Origin: a virus
Taxonomy: Duplodnaviria; Caudoviricetes
IMG/VR virus record: IMGVR_UViG_3300020045_005201
Coordinates: 1-28,472 of that record
Reading direction: 5' to 3' (one strand)
Length of the DNA stretch: 28,472 nucleotides
In this document: positions 18,337 through 25,681 of the stretch, piece by piece
Position numbering within the stretch: the stretch's first letter is position 1
Layout: every line of letters begins with the position of its first letter
Notes under the pieces: model-generated
Database searches by the model: none
What the model was told of the DNA's origin: nothing
What the model saw: the letters and a program-made list of their open reading frames with translations, nothing else
Translations under genes and position numbers: made by a program

Positions 18337-19797
18337 TCATGAATTTTTTCTCACTTGTCTTTTAGCCTCCTTAATTGCCGCCTCTAATCTATCACGCCTA
18401 GTTGTTATATAAGGCCGGGAGGCGCAGCCATAACTAATGCAGTCAAAAATATGATCTTCTTGTTCCGTAGCCGGTCCCTTTTCTGGGTGCTTTTCGTCTA
18501 ACTGTAAATCTGGCACCGTTCGCCAGAAATGCTTACATGATACTGTTGCATATAACATAGGGCCATCATCATCGCCTGCCACTCTAGCACGTATTTCTTC
18601 AAAATTACCTATTCTCCCTTTGCGTGATTGCTCCATAAGAAACCGACCGTTAGTATCATCATACATCCGTTGTTGAATACTCGCACCGTCATGCTCCGCC
18701 CACATTGCAGAATCCCCAACGCGATAATCCATCTCTTCCCCCGCCTCTTCTTCTATATCTAATATTTGCCTTGCCACTACAGTACTTTCTAATCTGCATC
18801 CCTCATTTTCTTTACCATTCCATCCATACCATTCCCGATATGCTATTAACGCTCCTTTTGGTATTAATCTTTCTGGCCAATCATCCTTTGCTTTTAATAT
18901 CATATTTTCATCCACTACACAGAACCATATTACAGCAAATGGCTTGGCACTTCCCCAATCCATAACCATGAATTTAGTCCAAGTTTGTGGAACCTGAAAA
19001 TCTCTAATCATGTGTTTATCACGCCTGAGCTTCTCCAGTGCCGCCCCGGCCGTAATATCCCACAATCCATAACGCATTGCCTTTACAAGATCAGGCGAAC
19101 CTAATCCTTCAAGACGCATTTCATATTCTGGATCATTCTCTAATAAAGATGGATTATCCTCTAATAAGGCTGGCACAAACTGTCGCAACATTCCACCCTC
19201 TTCGCGTGGCATGCGTTTAACTTCAAATGGGGATAATAAATCTATGAATGTTTGTTTTACAAAAGTATGCCCAACGTTACCTGGATTTGAGCCGCATATT
19301 ATCTTAGGTAGTTTAAAATTATCTCCAAAGATTTGCTTTATTATCTCTGGTACGGCCGGAGGCATACGCACACGATTCCGCAAGAAACGATATATTTTAT
19401 CAGTAAAGTGCGTAAGTTCATCAATGAGTAAAATATGAATTTCACTACCTTGATATTTAAACCGATCCTTCTCATGCTGGCAATGACACAGAAATATCTT
19501 TGCACCATTGGTATTATGCCTTATCTCCCCTTCCACAATTGTAATTATACCAGCCGATACAAAAGGGGCCAGTAAATTTCTGAAACCTGTTTCACCCTCT
19601 AAATGGTTTTTCTCTAGATCGGCACTTAAACGCCTGAATAGATATATCTGAATATTTGGAATGTAGATCAAACATAATATGCTAATAATTCGAAGTAGAT
19701 GGCTCTTGCCTCCTCCAGCCGCGCCACCATATAATATTTCTGTGGCCTCCGTCTCTAATACAAAAGTTTGTTTAGGATGAAGATTAAAATTAATCAT
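18337..19797 (-). CDS. terL: Terminase large subunit
   Basis: Walker A 'GGAAGGGKS', Walker B 'LLIDE', 'GSNPG', 'DNP.L', nuclease 'MDWG...EDHIFD'. Confidence 0.95.
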   Translation of the reverse strand: MINFNLHPKQTFVLETEATEILYGGAAGGGKSHLLRIISILCLIYIPNIQIYLFRRLSADLEKNHLEGETGFRNLLAPFVSAGIITIVEGEIRHNTNGAKIFLCHCQHEKDRFKYQGSEIHILLIDELTHFTDKIYRFLRNRVRMPPAVPEIIKQIFGDNFKLPKIICGSNPGNVGHTFVKQTFIDLLSPFEVKRMPREEGGMLRQFVPALLEDNPSLLENDPEYEMRLEGLGSPDLVKAMRYGLWDITAGAALEKLRRDKHMIRDFQVPQTWTKFMVMDWGSAKPFAVIWFCVVDENMILKAKDDWPERLIPKGALIAYREWYGWNGKENEGCRLESTVVARQILDIEEEAGEEMDYRVGDSAMWAEHDGASIQQRMYDDTNGRFLMEQSRKGRIGNFEEIRARVAGDDDGPMLYATVSCKHFWRTVPDLQLDEKHPEKGPATEQEDHIFDCISYGCASRPYITTRRDRLEAAIKEAKRQVRKNS

Positions 19798-20084
19798 AAC
19801 ACCAAAGCTAAATACCCATGTATGCCGCCCGCTATATCTGTGCTAGCAGAACTCAACCTATTAATGCCGTTCGTTGATATATAAGTTTCATTACTAACTC
19901 CCGCGGGCAAAGTCATAATTGTTGCGGCACTTGTTCCTACTAGTTTATTTCTACCAAACTTAAGTAATGATTTTTTCTTATGAGCAACTGACACTCTATC
20001 CCCATAAGCGGATAATGCTTCTAATTCCGCTTCTAATACAAACGGGTCTAAACCAGCAGCCGACTTGTTAATTGTGAAACCCAT
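19794..20084 (-). CDS. Hypothetical protein, possibly an internally deleted virion-protein gene
   Basis: 96 aa with 'KFGRN..VGT' motif, AAGGA RBS, coupled to terL. Confidence 0.5.
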   Translation of the reverse strand: MGFTINKSAAGLDPFVLEAELEALSAYGDRVSVAHKKKSLLKFGRNKLVGTSAATIMTLPAGVSNETYISTNGINRLSSASTDIAGGIHGYLALVL

Positions 20085-20164
20085 AAGTATCCTTGTTACA
20101 CTTTTTTAAGTATTTTTGGGTCTAGACCCGTGATTTTTAGCATATTTCAAGTTAATGCGTAACT

Positions 20165-20193
20165 ATTATAATGGAAATGCGCCCCATTTGTAA
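20165..20193 (-). promoter_or_regulatory. Possible promoter upstream of the terL unit
   Basis: TTACAA, 17 nt, TATAAT. A perfect palindrome GGGTCTAGACCC lies downstream at 20118-20129. Confidence 0.4.
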
Positions 20194-20195
20194 CA

Positions 20196-20726
20196 TCAAT
20201 TTACATCCCAGCCATTTTCATTGAACCTATAGCTTGGCTTGAAGTTCTTATAGAAGTAGTCCTTAGCTAGCGGCAGGCTTGATTCCGCACCTATGTCTAA
20301 TACATATTCCTGATTATCCACTTCGGCAACTAGTATCATATGCGCTCTTCCCTTATAATCACCTGACCATAAATTTAACTGTTGTGGCTTAAATCCAACC
20401 TTGCGCAATGCATAATACTTACAGATACTAAACCCTTTACAGTCAGAATTATCAGCTAATGCAAACTCTTTAGGTGTAGGCCATTCAGGATTTTCCTTAT
20501 ACGCCCTGTTATTACATTTATCATTGATAGCCCTCAAAGCTTCTAATGTAGGCTTATCTTTACCCGATACAACAGGCTGTCTCTTCATTACATTAATCCA
20601 GTTCATATCTAGTGGTTTACTAGTGTCGTTTATTTCTCTGGCAAAGTTCTGCACGTTCTTTATATGGATAGGATGCCCATGTGGTGCGCAAGCTATCAGA
20701 AATAATAGGGGAATTAGTATTTTCAT
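20196..20726 (-). CDS. BTLCP / peptidase C93 (LapG-like) transglutaminase-like cysteine protease, predicted lipoprotein
   Basis: 'W.TP.E', 'DCKGFSICKYYAL', 'HMILV', 'YVLD' give a Cys-His-Asp triad. Signal peptide MKILIPLLFLIA-C. Confidence 0.8.
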   Translation of the reverse strand: MKILIPLLFLIACAPHGHPIHIKNVQNFAREINDTSKPLDMNWINVMKRQPVVSGKDKPTLEALRAINDKCNNRAYKENPEWPTPKEFALADNSDCKGFSICKYYALRKVGFKPQQLNLWSGDYKGRAHMILVAEVDNQEYVLDIGAESSLPLAKDYFYKNFKPSYRFNENGWDVN

Positions 20727-21178
20727 TTTGGGTTATTATAATTCTTGGTTACTACTACTTGTGGCACACCTGTTTGCTCCACTTCTTGCTTATCAGTTAA
20801 ACCCAAATCACGAGCTATTATATTAGCATTCAATAAATCAGCCGCCGCGCCTGTAAACTTCTGGTTCTTCATTATCATTTCAGCATAGGTAATGACTTCA
20901 ATAAAATCTTTATTTTCCCGCCAATTATGCCATGTTTGTAAACTAATATCTAAGAATATGCATAAACCATCTATAGTCATTGCGCGCATTTTATATGCAC
21001 TCTCTTTTGTAACACTTCCTTTATAAGCAAACAATCTTTCTTCATTAAGTGGATTGTCTTCTACCCATTGAAAGTATTCTTCACAGGCTTCTTTGAGTAG
21101 TTCAGCGGATGCGATTATCTTATCACGCCCGTGCTTGCTTCTGGCCTTCCAGAATTGGTTGCCTTTGGGAGCGGCCAT
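20723..21178 (-). CDS. terS: Terminase small subunit (P22 gp3-like DNA-packaging protein)
   Basis: 'MAAPKGNQFWKARSKHGR', 'RAMTIDGLCIFL', 'QKFTGAAADLLNANIIARDLGL.DK'. Confidence 0.92.
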   Translation of the reverse strand: MAAPKGNQFWKARSKHGRDKIIASAELLKEACEEYFQWVEDNPLNEERLFAYKGSVTKESAYKMRAMTIDGLCIFLDISLQTWHNWRENKDFIEVITYAEMIMKNQKFTGAAADLLNANIIARDLGLTDKQEVEQTGVPQVVVTKNYNNPK

Positions 21179-21332
21179 ATTATTACCTTTCCTTATCTGC
21201 CGCTTATTATATATTTCAATACTACACCTATCTCATATATTGAGTAAAATATTGCACAAAATATACAAATTGTCCAAAATAACTTTTCGATATTTCCCAG
21301 CATCTTACACCATCAATATCGAGTTAATTATA

Positions 21333-21383
21333 TTACTTGCCCTTTCCGCCTTTACCTTTTTTAGTTCCGCATTTATTACGCAT
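21333..21383 (-). CDS. 16-aa basic peptide MRNKCGTKKGKGGKGK
   Basis: GGAGG SD 5 nt before the ATG, directly behind a near-consensus promoter. Confidence 0.5.
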   Translation of the reverse strand: MRNKCGTKKGKGGKGK

Positions 21384-21406
21384 AATGACCTCCGTGTTAA
21401 AATCCT

Positions 21407-21434
21407 ATATTACAACATCTTGGTTAAATGTCAA
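21407..21434 (-). promoter_or_regulatory. Sigma70-type promoter at the start of the packaging module
   Basis: TTGACA (21429-21434), 16 nt, TAATAT (21407-21412). Confidence 0.65.
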
Positions 21435-21836
21435 TTATTTGCTTTCTATCTGTTTTGCCCTTAGTAGGGCTTGTTTGGCTGTATTGCCTCTATCTTTGTT
21501 AATTGGTACATACGCTCCACTAACTCCCTCATTCTTTAATCTTTCAAGGTCGGTCGAATGAAAATTATAATTTGTTCCGTTAGCATAAAACTCCAAAGCC
21601 TCCCGCAGTTCCTTTACTATTGCTGTGAGTTTGGCTTCCTGCTTCGATGCGGTACGGGCGTTCCATTCTTTAATAGCGGCCTTAACATCAGTATCTTGGA
21701 TTCTCAACCAAGTTGATGGTGCAATTAAACATTTAGCATTACCGCATTCCACAAGCGGCACACCAAAGGTAATTCTTGTGATTGGCGACTTTCCGCAAAA
21801 TGGACACTCTCTAAGCCCCTCGCTCTCTATTTGCAT
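21435..21836 (-). CDS. Lar (restriction alleviation)-family zinc-binding protein with C-terminal extension
   Basis: 'LRECPFCG...VECGNAKC...AIKEWNAR'. Confidence 0.7.
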   Translation of the reverse strand: MQIESEGLRECPFCGKSPITRITFGVPLVECGNAKCLIAPSTWLRIQDTDVKAAIKEWNARTASKQEAKLTAIVKELREALEFYANGTNYNFHSTDLERLKNEGVSGAYVPINKDRGNTAKQALLRAKQIESK

Positions 21837-22819
21837 TTGTTTTGCTCCCAGAATTCTAGCGTTGGAAAATCTAACGGGTGCACCACGTAGAGATTGCCCG
21901 CATCTGTCAGAAATAGATGCTTATCGTTGCGTACGCCTATGAACTCTAGCCTTTCAGGATATGGTGGATTTTTATAGTATCTACCTATAGCAAGCCCCAC
22001 TTGTTTCTTAGGCTCTTCTACAATCCTGTATGCGATTATGTCTCCGAGCTTACCATTGTTAGTCCACATCCACTTTAAAGCATGAGCGTATTCTTTGAGC
22101 GTGGTTTTATCTTTGAAGCGCACCTCTACATAAGCACTTTCATCTATTGGACAGCCATGAAATCGGCAGTCACCATTCCATTCTATCCACCCATCATTGT
22201 CTTCTTTGAGTAGCTTCCTAAATGGAAATTCCTCATCCAATGTTTTATCAATTATATCTTCCATTTCTTTTGGCCAAAAACTTTTATTCTCTTGTGTATC
22301 TGTGGCCTCATAACATGTTTTAAGTATATCTCGATAATCATCGTTGGCCTTATCTTGTGCCTCATATTGACTCTTTTGCAAAGCAACGCTAGAATAATCC
22401 ACTTCTTGATTGTCTTGTGTGTCTGTGGGTTGCTTGCATCCTTTCAATCCGCACTTGGGGCAATTAATATCCACGAATCCATTAACATCGCATTTGCACT
22501 TATCCTCACTAACTGGTGATATACTGGCTTTTAGGGCTTGGTATTCAACGGAAGTAATAATTCTAGCTGCCGTGCGAACCTGCGCTATTCTATATTCGTT
22601 CTGCGTTGCTAGTTCATAACTGTTTCTGAACTCTTTCATTATTTTTTCCATCATATCCACAAAGTCTTTAATTACTTTTTTGTCGTCTGGCATAGATGCA
22701 AACACAGCCTCTAGTGCGGCTTTCATGCCGTTGGGGTAAACAATACTTCCTTTTTCGCCCTTTAAATAGGCCTTCTCTGCCATACTTAGAATCTCATCTG
22801 TTACTTGTTTATCTATCAT
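21827..22819 (-). CDS. Mosaic hypothetical protein
   Basis: 330 aa with a central Cys cluster and a 'GWIEWNG..CP...VEVRF...DIIAYRIV' domain common in phage accessory proteins. Confidence 0.65.
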   Translation of the reverse strand: MIDKQVTDEILSMAEKAYLKGEKGSIVYPNGMKAALEAVFASMPDDKKVIKDFVDMMEKIMKEFRNSYELATQNEYRIAQVRTAARIITSVEYQALKASISPVSEDKCKCDVNGFVDINCPKCGLKGCKQPTDTQDNQEVDYSSVALQKSQYEAQDKANDDYRDILKTCYEATDTQENKSFWPKEMEDIIDKTLDEEFPFRKLLKEDNDGWIEWNGDCRFHGCPIDESAYVEVRFKDKTTLKEYAHALKWMWTNNGKLGDIIAYRIVEEPKKQVGLAIGRYYKNPPYPERLEFIGVRNDKHLFLTDAGNLYVVHPLDFPTLEFWEQNKCK

Positions 22820-22980
22820 GATTGTTTACCAATTTTATATGTATTTTCATCACTTACTGACACCACAAACATATTAAGTTTGCGAGGTTTTATTATCTTC
22901 AACCAAATTAACAGCTTTTTCCATAACGGCGGGACTCCTGTATACGTAATTCTATCGCCTATTTTATATCCCTGCGTCAT
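22816..22980 (-). CDS. Hypothetical protein (54 aa)
   Basis: Translated by hand: MTQGYKIGDRITY...KIGKQS. AAGGA RBS, ATGA overlap with the next gene. Confidence 0.55.
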   Translation of the reverse strand: MTQGYKIGDRITYTGVPPLWKKLLIWLKIIKPRKLNMFVVSVSDENTYKIGKQS

Positions 22981-22983
22981 GTG

Positions 22984-23148
22984 TTAGTCCTTTGGTTGTG
23001 GTTCTAAAGCTTCAACAATCCGATTTGATAGGCTTTCAGCATAATGTTCAAATATCATTGCATTTCTAGGCTCTTCTAAAGTTTCTCTCAAATCCTTAGC
23101 GGCTTCTAATATAGCGTTGTTAATTTTCTGTTTTAGTTTCTCTCTCAT
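22984..23148 (-). CDS. Hypothetical protein
   Basis: MREKLKQK start after AAAGGA. Helical 54-aa protein. Confidence 0.55.
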   Translation of the reverse strand: MREKLKQKINNAILEAAKDLRETLEEPRNAMIFEHYAESLSNRIVEALEPQPKD

Positions 23149-23173
23149 ATTCATTCCTTTAATTTGGCTTAAT

Positions 23174-23515
23174 TTATTGCAATGTAATGTCAGCACTATC
23201 TGAGTTTAATCCGTATTTTAATAAAAATACTTCAGCTCTTGTTATTATTTTTTCAGAATCCCCAATTCCTTTGTGCCATAAGTTATCCACCTCCTCTTCA
23301 ATCTTTGTTAATTCTTCAGGAATTATTTCATTTTTCCGGCGGAAATCTACGCACTTATTATGCAAAACCATACTAATAGATGCGATTAACTCACCGCTTC
23401 GCCTATATTCTTGCGTTCCTTTCTTTACAAACACCCCGCAGTCTTCGCAATAAAATCCTGTTGTATATCTTGATCTTGCGCTATGTTTACACGCCAAAGT
23501 TTTTTCTATGCCCAT
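23174..23515 (-). CDS. Hypothetical protein with CKH...CEDC motif
   Basis: True start is probably MGIEK at 23515 (AAGGAG RBS), not the longer ORF that crosses the RNA elements. Confidence 0.6.
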   Translation of the reverse strand: MGIEKTLACKHSARSRYTTGFYCEDCGVFVKKGTQEYRRSGELIASISMVLHNKCVDFRRKNEIIPEELTKIEEEVDNLWHKGIGDSEKIITRAEVFLLKYGLNSDSADITLQ

Positions 23516-23535
23516 AATACTTACTCCTTTAATGT

Positions 23536-23639
23536 TGGTGGAGCGGTGGCAAAGTACCTTATGCTCGCTGCGCTTGGCTTCAAACTCATTCGGCACGATA
23601 GCCAAGAACTCTTTTGTTACGAAATTACAGCACCGCCCC
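23536..23639 (-). ncRNA. tRNA-like RNA 2 (Ala-type acceptor, degenerate body)
   Basis: GGGGCGGTG...CACCGCTCC-A-CCA: 9-bp stem with a G-U third pair. Internal CTTGGCT/AGCCAAG stem. No canonical T-loop. Confidence 0.55.
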
Positions 23640-23653
23640 ATAGTAGTTATTTT

Positions 23654-23761
23654 TGGTGGGGCGGCTGCAAGATTCGAACTTGCGGGGGGAGAAATATGCG
23701 ATATATCCGCTTTCCCCTCCGAGATATATTCTTGCCTTAAGCCACTCAGCCAAACCGCCCC
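23654..23761 (-). tRNA. Atypical tRNA / tRNA-like RNA 1 (no assignable anticodon)
   Basis: GGGGCGGTT/AGCCGCCCC-A-CCA 9-bp stem, D-arm TGGCTGAGTGGCTTAAGGC, perfect T-arm GCAAG-TTCGAAT-CTTGC. Non-canonical anticodon/variable region. Confidence 0.7.
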
Positions 23762-23768
23762 ATAGTAG

Positions 23769-23927
23769 TTATTCTTTAATCTCAACACTAACTACATTAA
23801 AATCACTAGGACAGGCCATAGTTGATTCAAACTCTTTAATAGCTTTTGCGGCGTTGTCACAATTCTTGATTCTCATCATTATTACCACTGAATCATTACT
23901 CGCAAGAACATCAGCTCTTTTACCCAT
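23769..23927 (-). CDS. Hypothetical protein (52 aa)
   Basis: Translated by hand: MGKRADVLAS...SVEIKE. GGGAG RBS. Confidence 0.5.
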   Translation of the reverse strand: MGKRADVLASNDSVVIMMRIKNCDNAAKAIKEFESTMACPSDFNVVSVEIKE

Positions 23928-23964
23928 ATCCCCTACTCCCTTTTCAGTAATTCACGTAACATTG

Positions 23965-24135
23965 CTAACCACCCTTTTGCATAATAATCAGCGCATCAAT
24001 AATCTTATCAGGCACTTTAGAATCACCAGCCGCCCAACGCCTTACTGTACGCACATTAACCTTGAAGGCGCGGGCTAGCTTTGATTGCCAGCCCCACCCA
24101 AATACTGATTCTGCTAGTTGGTTAAATTCTTTCAT
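23965..24135 (-). CDS. Small helix-turn-helix DNA-binding protein (Cro/XRE-like, 56 aa)
   Basis: Translated by hand: 'FGWGWQSKLARAFKVNVRTVRRWAAGDSKVP'. TGATG coupling to the upstream gene. Confidence 0.75.
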   Translation of the reverse strand: MKEFNQLAESVFGWGWQSKLARAFKVNVRTVRRWAAGDSKVPDKIIDALIIMQKGG

Positions 24136-24479
24136 CACTCCCCTTCCGCTATTGCTAAGGCTTTATCCATTTTAATAATTATGCCATCACCACTTACATA
24201 TGCATTACATCTCAATTCTTTTAAAACGCTGTACATCTCCTCTGCTGCTAACAATAAGCATTTATTAGCATTAGGAATCATAACTAAAGAGTGCATATCC
24301 TCCAATGCAGATAGAAATTTACTCTCGCGCTCCTCTTCCCCGCATGCGCTATTAAATGGATTATAACCATGCTCAAATGCCCAAGTAAGAGCGTTGCGCA
24401 TAATATGATAAGAATTAAGATACTTTGACCTGTCTTTGGTGGGTAATTTGCTAGGATTAATAGTTGTTATTGTTTTCAT
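24135..24479 (-). CDS. Hypothetical phage protein ('AN..L.AA.E...ALA.AEG' family)
   Basis: 'NANKCLLLAAEEMYSVL...KALAIAEGE'. GGAAAGG RBS. Confidence 0.65.
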   Translation of the reverse strand: MKTITTINPSKLPTKDRSKYLNSYHIMRNALTWAFEHGYNPFNSACGEEERESKFLSALEDMHSLVMIPNANKCLLLAAEEMYSVLKELRCNAYVSGDGIIIKMDKALAIAEGE

Positions 24480-24513
24480 AATTGAACCTTTCCAATTGAT
24501 TTGCGCAAGTGCC

Positions 24514-24560
24514 TTATGCCCTTACTAATACCTTTATACACTATTTATGCCCTAGGGCAA
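24514..24560 (-). promoter_or_regulatory. Promoter with overlapping palindromic operator
   Basis: TTGCCC, 16 nt, TATAAA (24533-24538). Perfect palindrome TGCCCTAGGGCA at 24548-24559. AGGGCATAA repeated at 24545-24553 and 24514-24522. Confidence 0.55.
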
Positions 24561-24584
24561 GAGTTATTTTCATCAATCTGCAAA

Positions 24585-24896
24585 TTATTTCATCCACCCA
24601 TATTTAACGTAATTCCTAAAGTTAACCTTTAGATTTTCGGAAGGCTCTTTTATTGCGGCCTCAAGTTCTGCATCTTCATACTCGCCTAATTGCTTGTGGG
24701 TAGCTTTAAGTTCTAACGCTTCAATCATACGGTCAATATTGAAAAACCTATCGCATATATAAAACACACCTCCTATTTCATCACCAACCCAGTAAGAATC
24801 CCAATCATCGCAATAGTGTGACCCTGGATAATATTTACCAATAAACGCCTTAGCTACTTCTTCACAGGCTTTACGGTAGTTAGTTATTACTTTCAT
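24585..24896 (-). CDS. Hypothetical protein
   Basis: 103 aa, 'YWVGDEIGGVF', coupled start. Confidence 0.65.
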   Translation of the reverse strand: MKVITNYRKACEEVAKAFIGKYYPGSHYCDDWDSYWVGDEIGGVFYICDRFFNIDRMIEALELKATHKQLGEYEDAELEAAIKEPSENLKVNFRNYVKYGWMK

Positions 24897-25144
24897 TCTT
24901 TACCCCATTGTTTTAGCTGGTTGTAGATATTCATCTCCTTGCTTGCCCTCTTCATAATTCCATCCTTTCCAGATACATCAGGCAAAGCCCCGCATAATGC
25001 TTTTAAAGCTGCTTCCTGTTCTTGTCTTATTTCTTCTTTATCTTCTTCACCTAATTCCTGATAGCCAATAAACAAGTTCGAAGGATAGCGCACCAAATAA
25101 GCAGCCTCCGACATTATCTCAATCATCTCTTCTTTACTTTTCAT
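24893..25144 (-). CDS. Hypothetical protein
   Basis: Likely start MKSKEEMIEIM (ATGA overlap). Confidence 0.6.
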   Translation of the reverse strand: MKSKEEMIEIMSEAAYLVRYPSNLFIGYQELGEEDKEEIRQEQEAALKALCGALPDVSGKDGIMKRASKEMNIYNQLKQWGKE

Positions 25145-25335
25145 TTCCACACCCTTTTTAAAAATGTTATAGGATTCCACCCCAGCCTCCGAAATTCTTC
25201 TGCAATCTCGTAACACGTATCATCCCTAAACAACCACCCAAAAAATGAGAACATACCAGAAATGAATAATGTTACTATAACCCCAACCATAACAAACGGC
25301 ATACCAATTATAATTCTTAGTATCTTACTTTTCAT
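25141..25335 (-). CDS. Small membrane protein
   Basis: 64 aa with a hydrophobic N-terminal helix. GAGGG RBS. Confidence 0.6.
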   Translation of the reverse strand: MKSKILRIIIGMPFVMVGVIVTLFISGMFSFFGWLFRDDTCYEIAEEFRRLGWNPITFLKRVWK

Positions 25336-25565
25336 AATTCCCTCTTGTCATTTAACGTGAAATATAATCCAAGCACAACTTTATCCATAACCATATTTAA
25401 ATCTGTGCTAGTCCAGATGGCATACCCATCATTTTTATCAAAGATAGCCTGATTCTTTCTTCTGCGTTTTAATGGTGTGCCGTCTTTCTTTGTTCCATAT
25501 TCAAAATCTTGCGTTAAACATTTGAGAATATTTTTTTTAATTTCTTTTAGCTCCTCCCTTTTCAT
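25332..25565 (-). CDS. Hypothetical protein
   Basis: 77 aa, GAGGG RBS, coupled. Confidence 0.6.
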   Translation of the reverse strand: MKREELKEIKKNILKCLTQDFEYGTKKDGTPLKRRRKNQAIFDKNDGYAIWTSTDLNMVMDKVVLGLYFTLNDKREL

Positions 25566-25576
25566 AATTCCCTCTT

Positions 25577-25654
25577 TTAGTTAATCTTATAGTTTAACAA
25601 TATGCACGCTACAAACAACAGCACCAATAGCCACTTCGGTATTTTAGCAATCAT
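25577..25654 (-). CDS. 25-aa hydrophobic peptide
   Basis: MIAKIPKWLLVLLFVACILLNYKIN behind the same RBS repeat. Confidence 0.45.
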   Translation of the reverse strand: MIAKIPKWLLVLLFVACILLNYKIN

Positions 25655-25681
25655 AATTCCCTCTGTTTCTTCTGGTTAGTT

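Larger units (their letters stand above)
25332..25664. repeat. Three copies of the junction repeat AGAGGGAATTATGA
   Basis: tcataattccctct at 25332-25345, 25562-25575 and 25651-25664. The first two extend to 19 identical bp. Confidence 0.85.

Noticed and set aside
23632-23773. 20-bp direct repeat as a CRISPR mini-array
   Set aside because: Only two copies, ~100-nt structured interiors ending in CCA, and no cas genes.
23516-23788. N-terminal 91 codons of the 204-aa ORF 23174..23788
   Set aside because: They run through the tRNA-like units, whose 122-bp period is not a multiple of 3. A strong RBS and ATG sit at 23515.
24072-24094. GC-rich hairpin GGGCTGGC/GCTAGCCC as a terminator or third tRNA-like unit
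   Set aside because: It lies inside the HTH coding sequence, with no U-tract and no CCA end.
25332-25664. Triple 14-bp repeat as CRISPR repeats or integron attC sites
   Set aside because: Irregular spacing (230 and 89 bp), not palindromic, and it coincides with RBS plus start codon. No integrase in the window.
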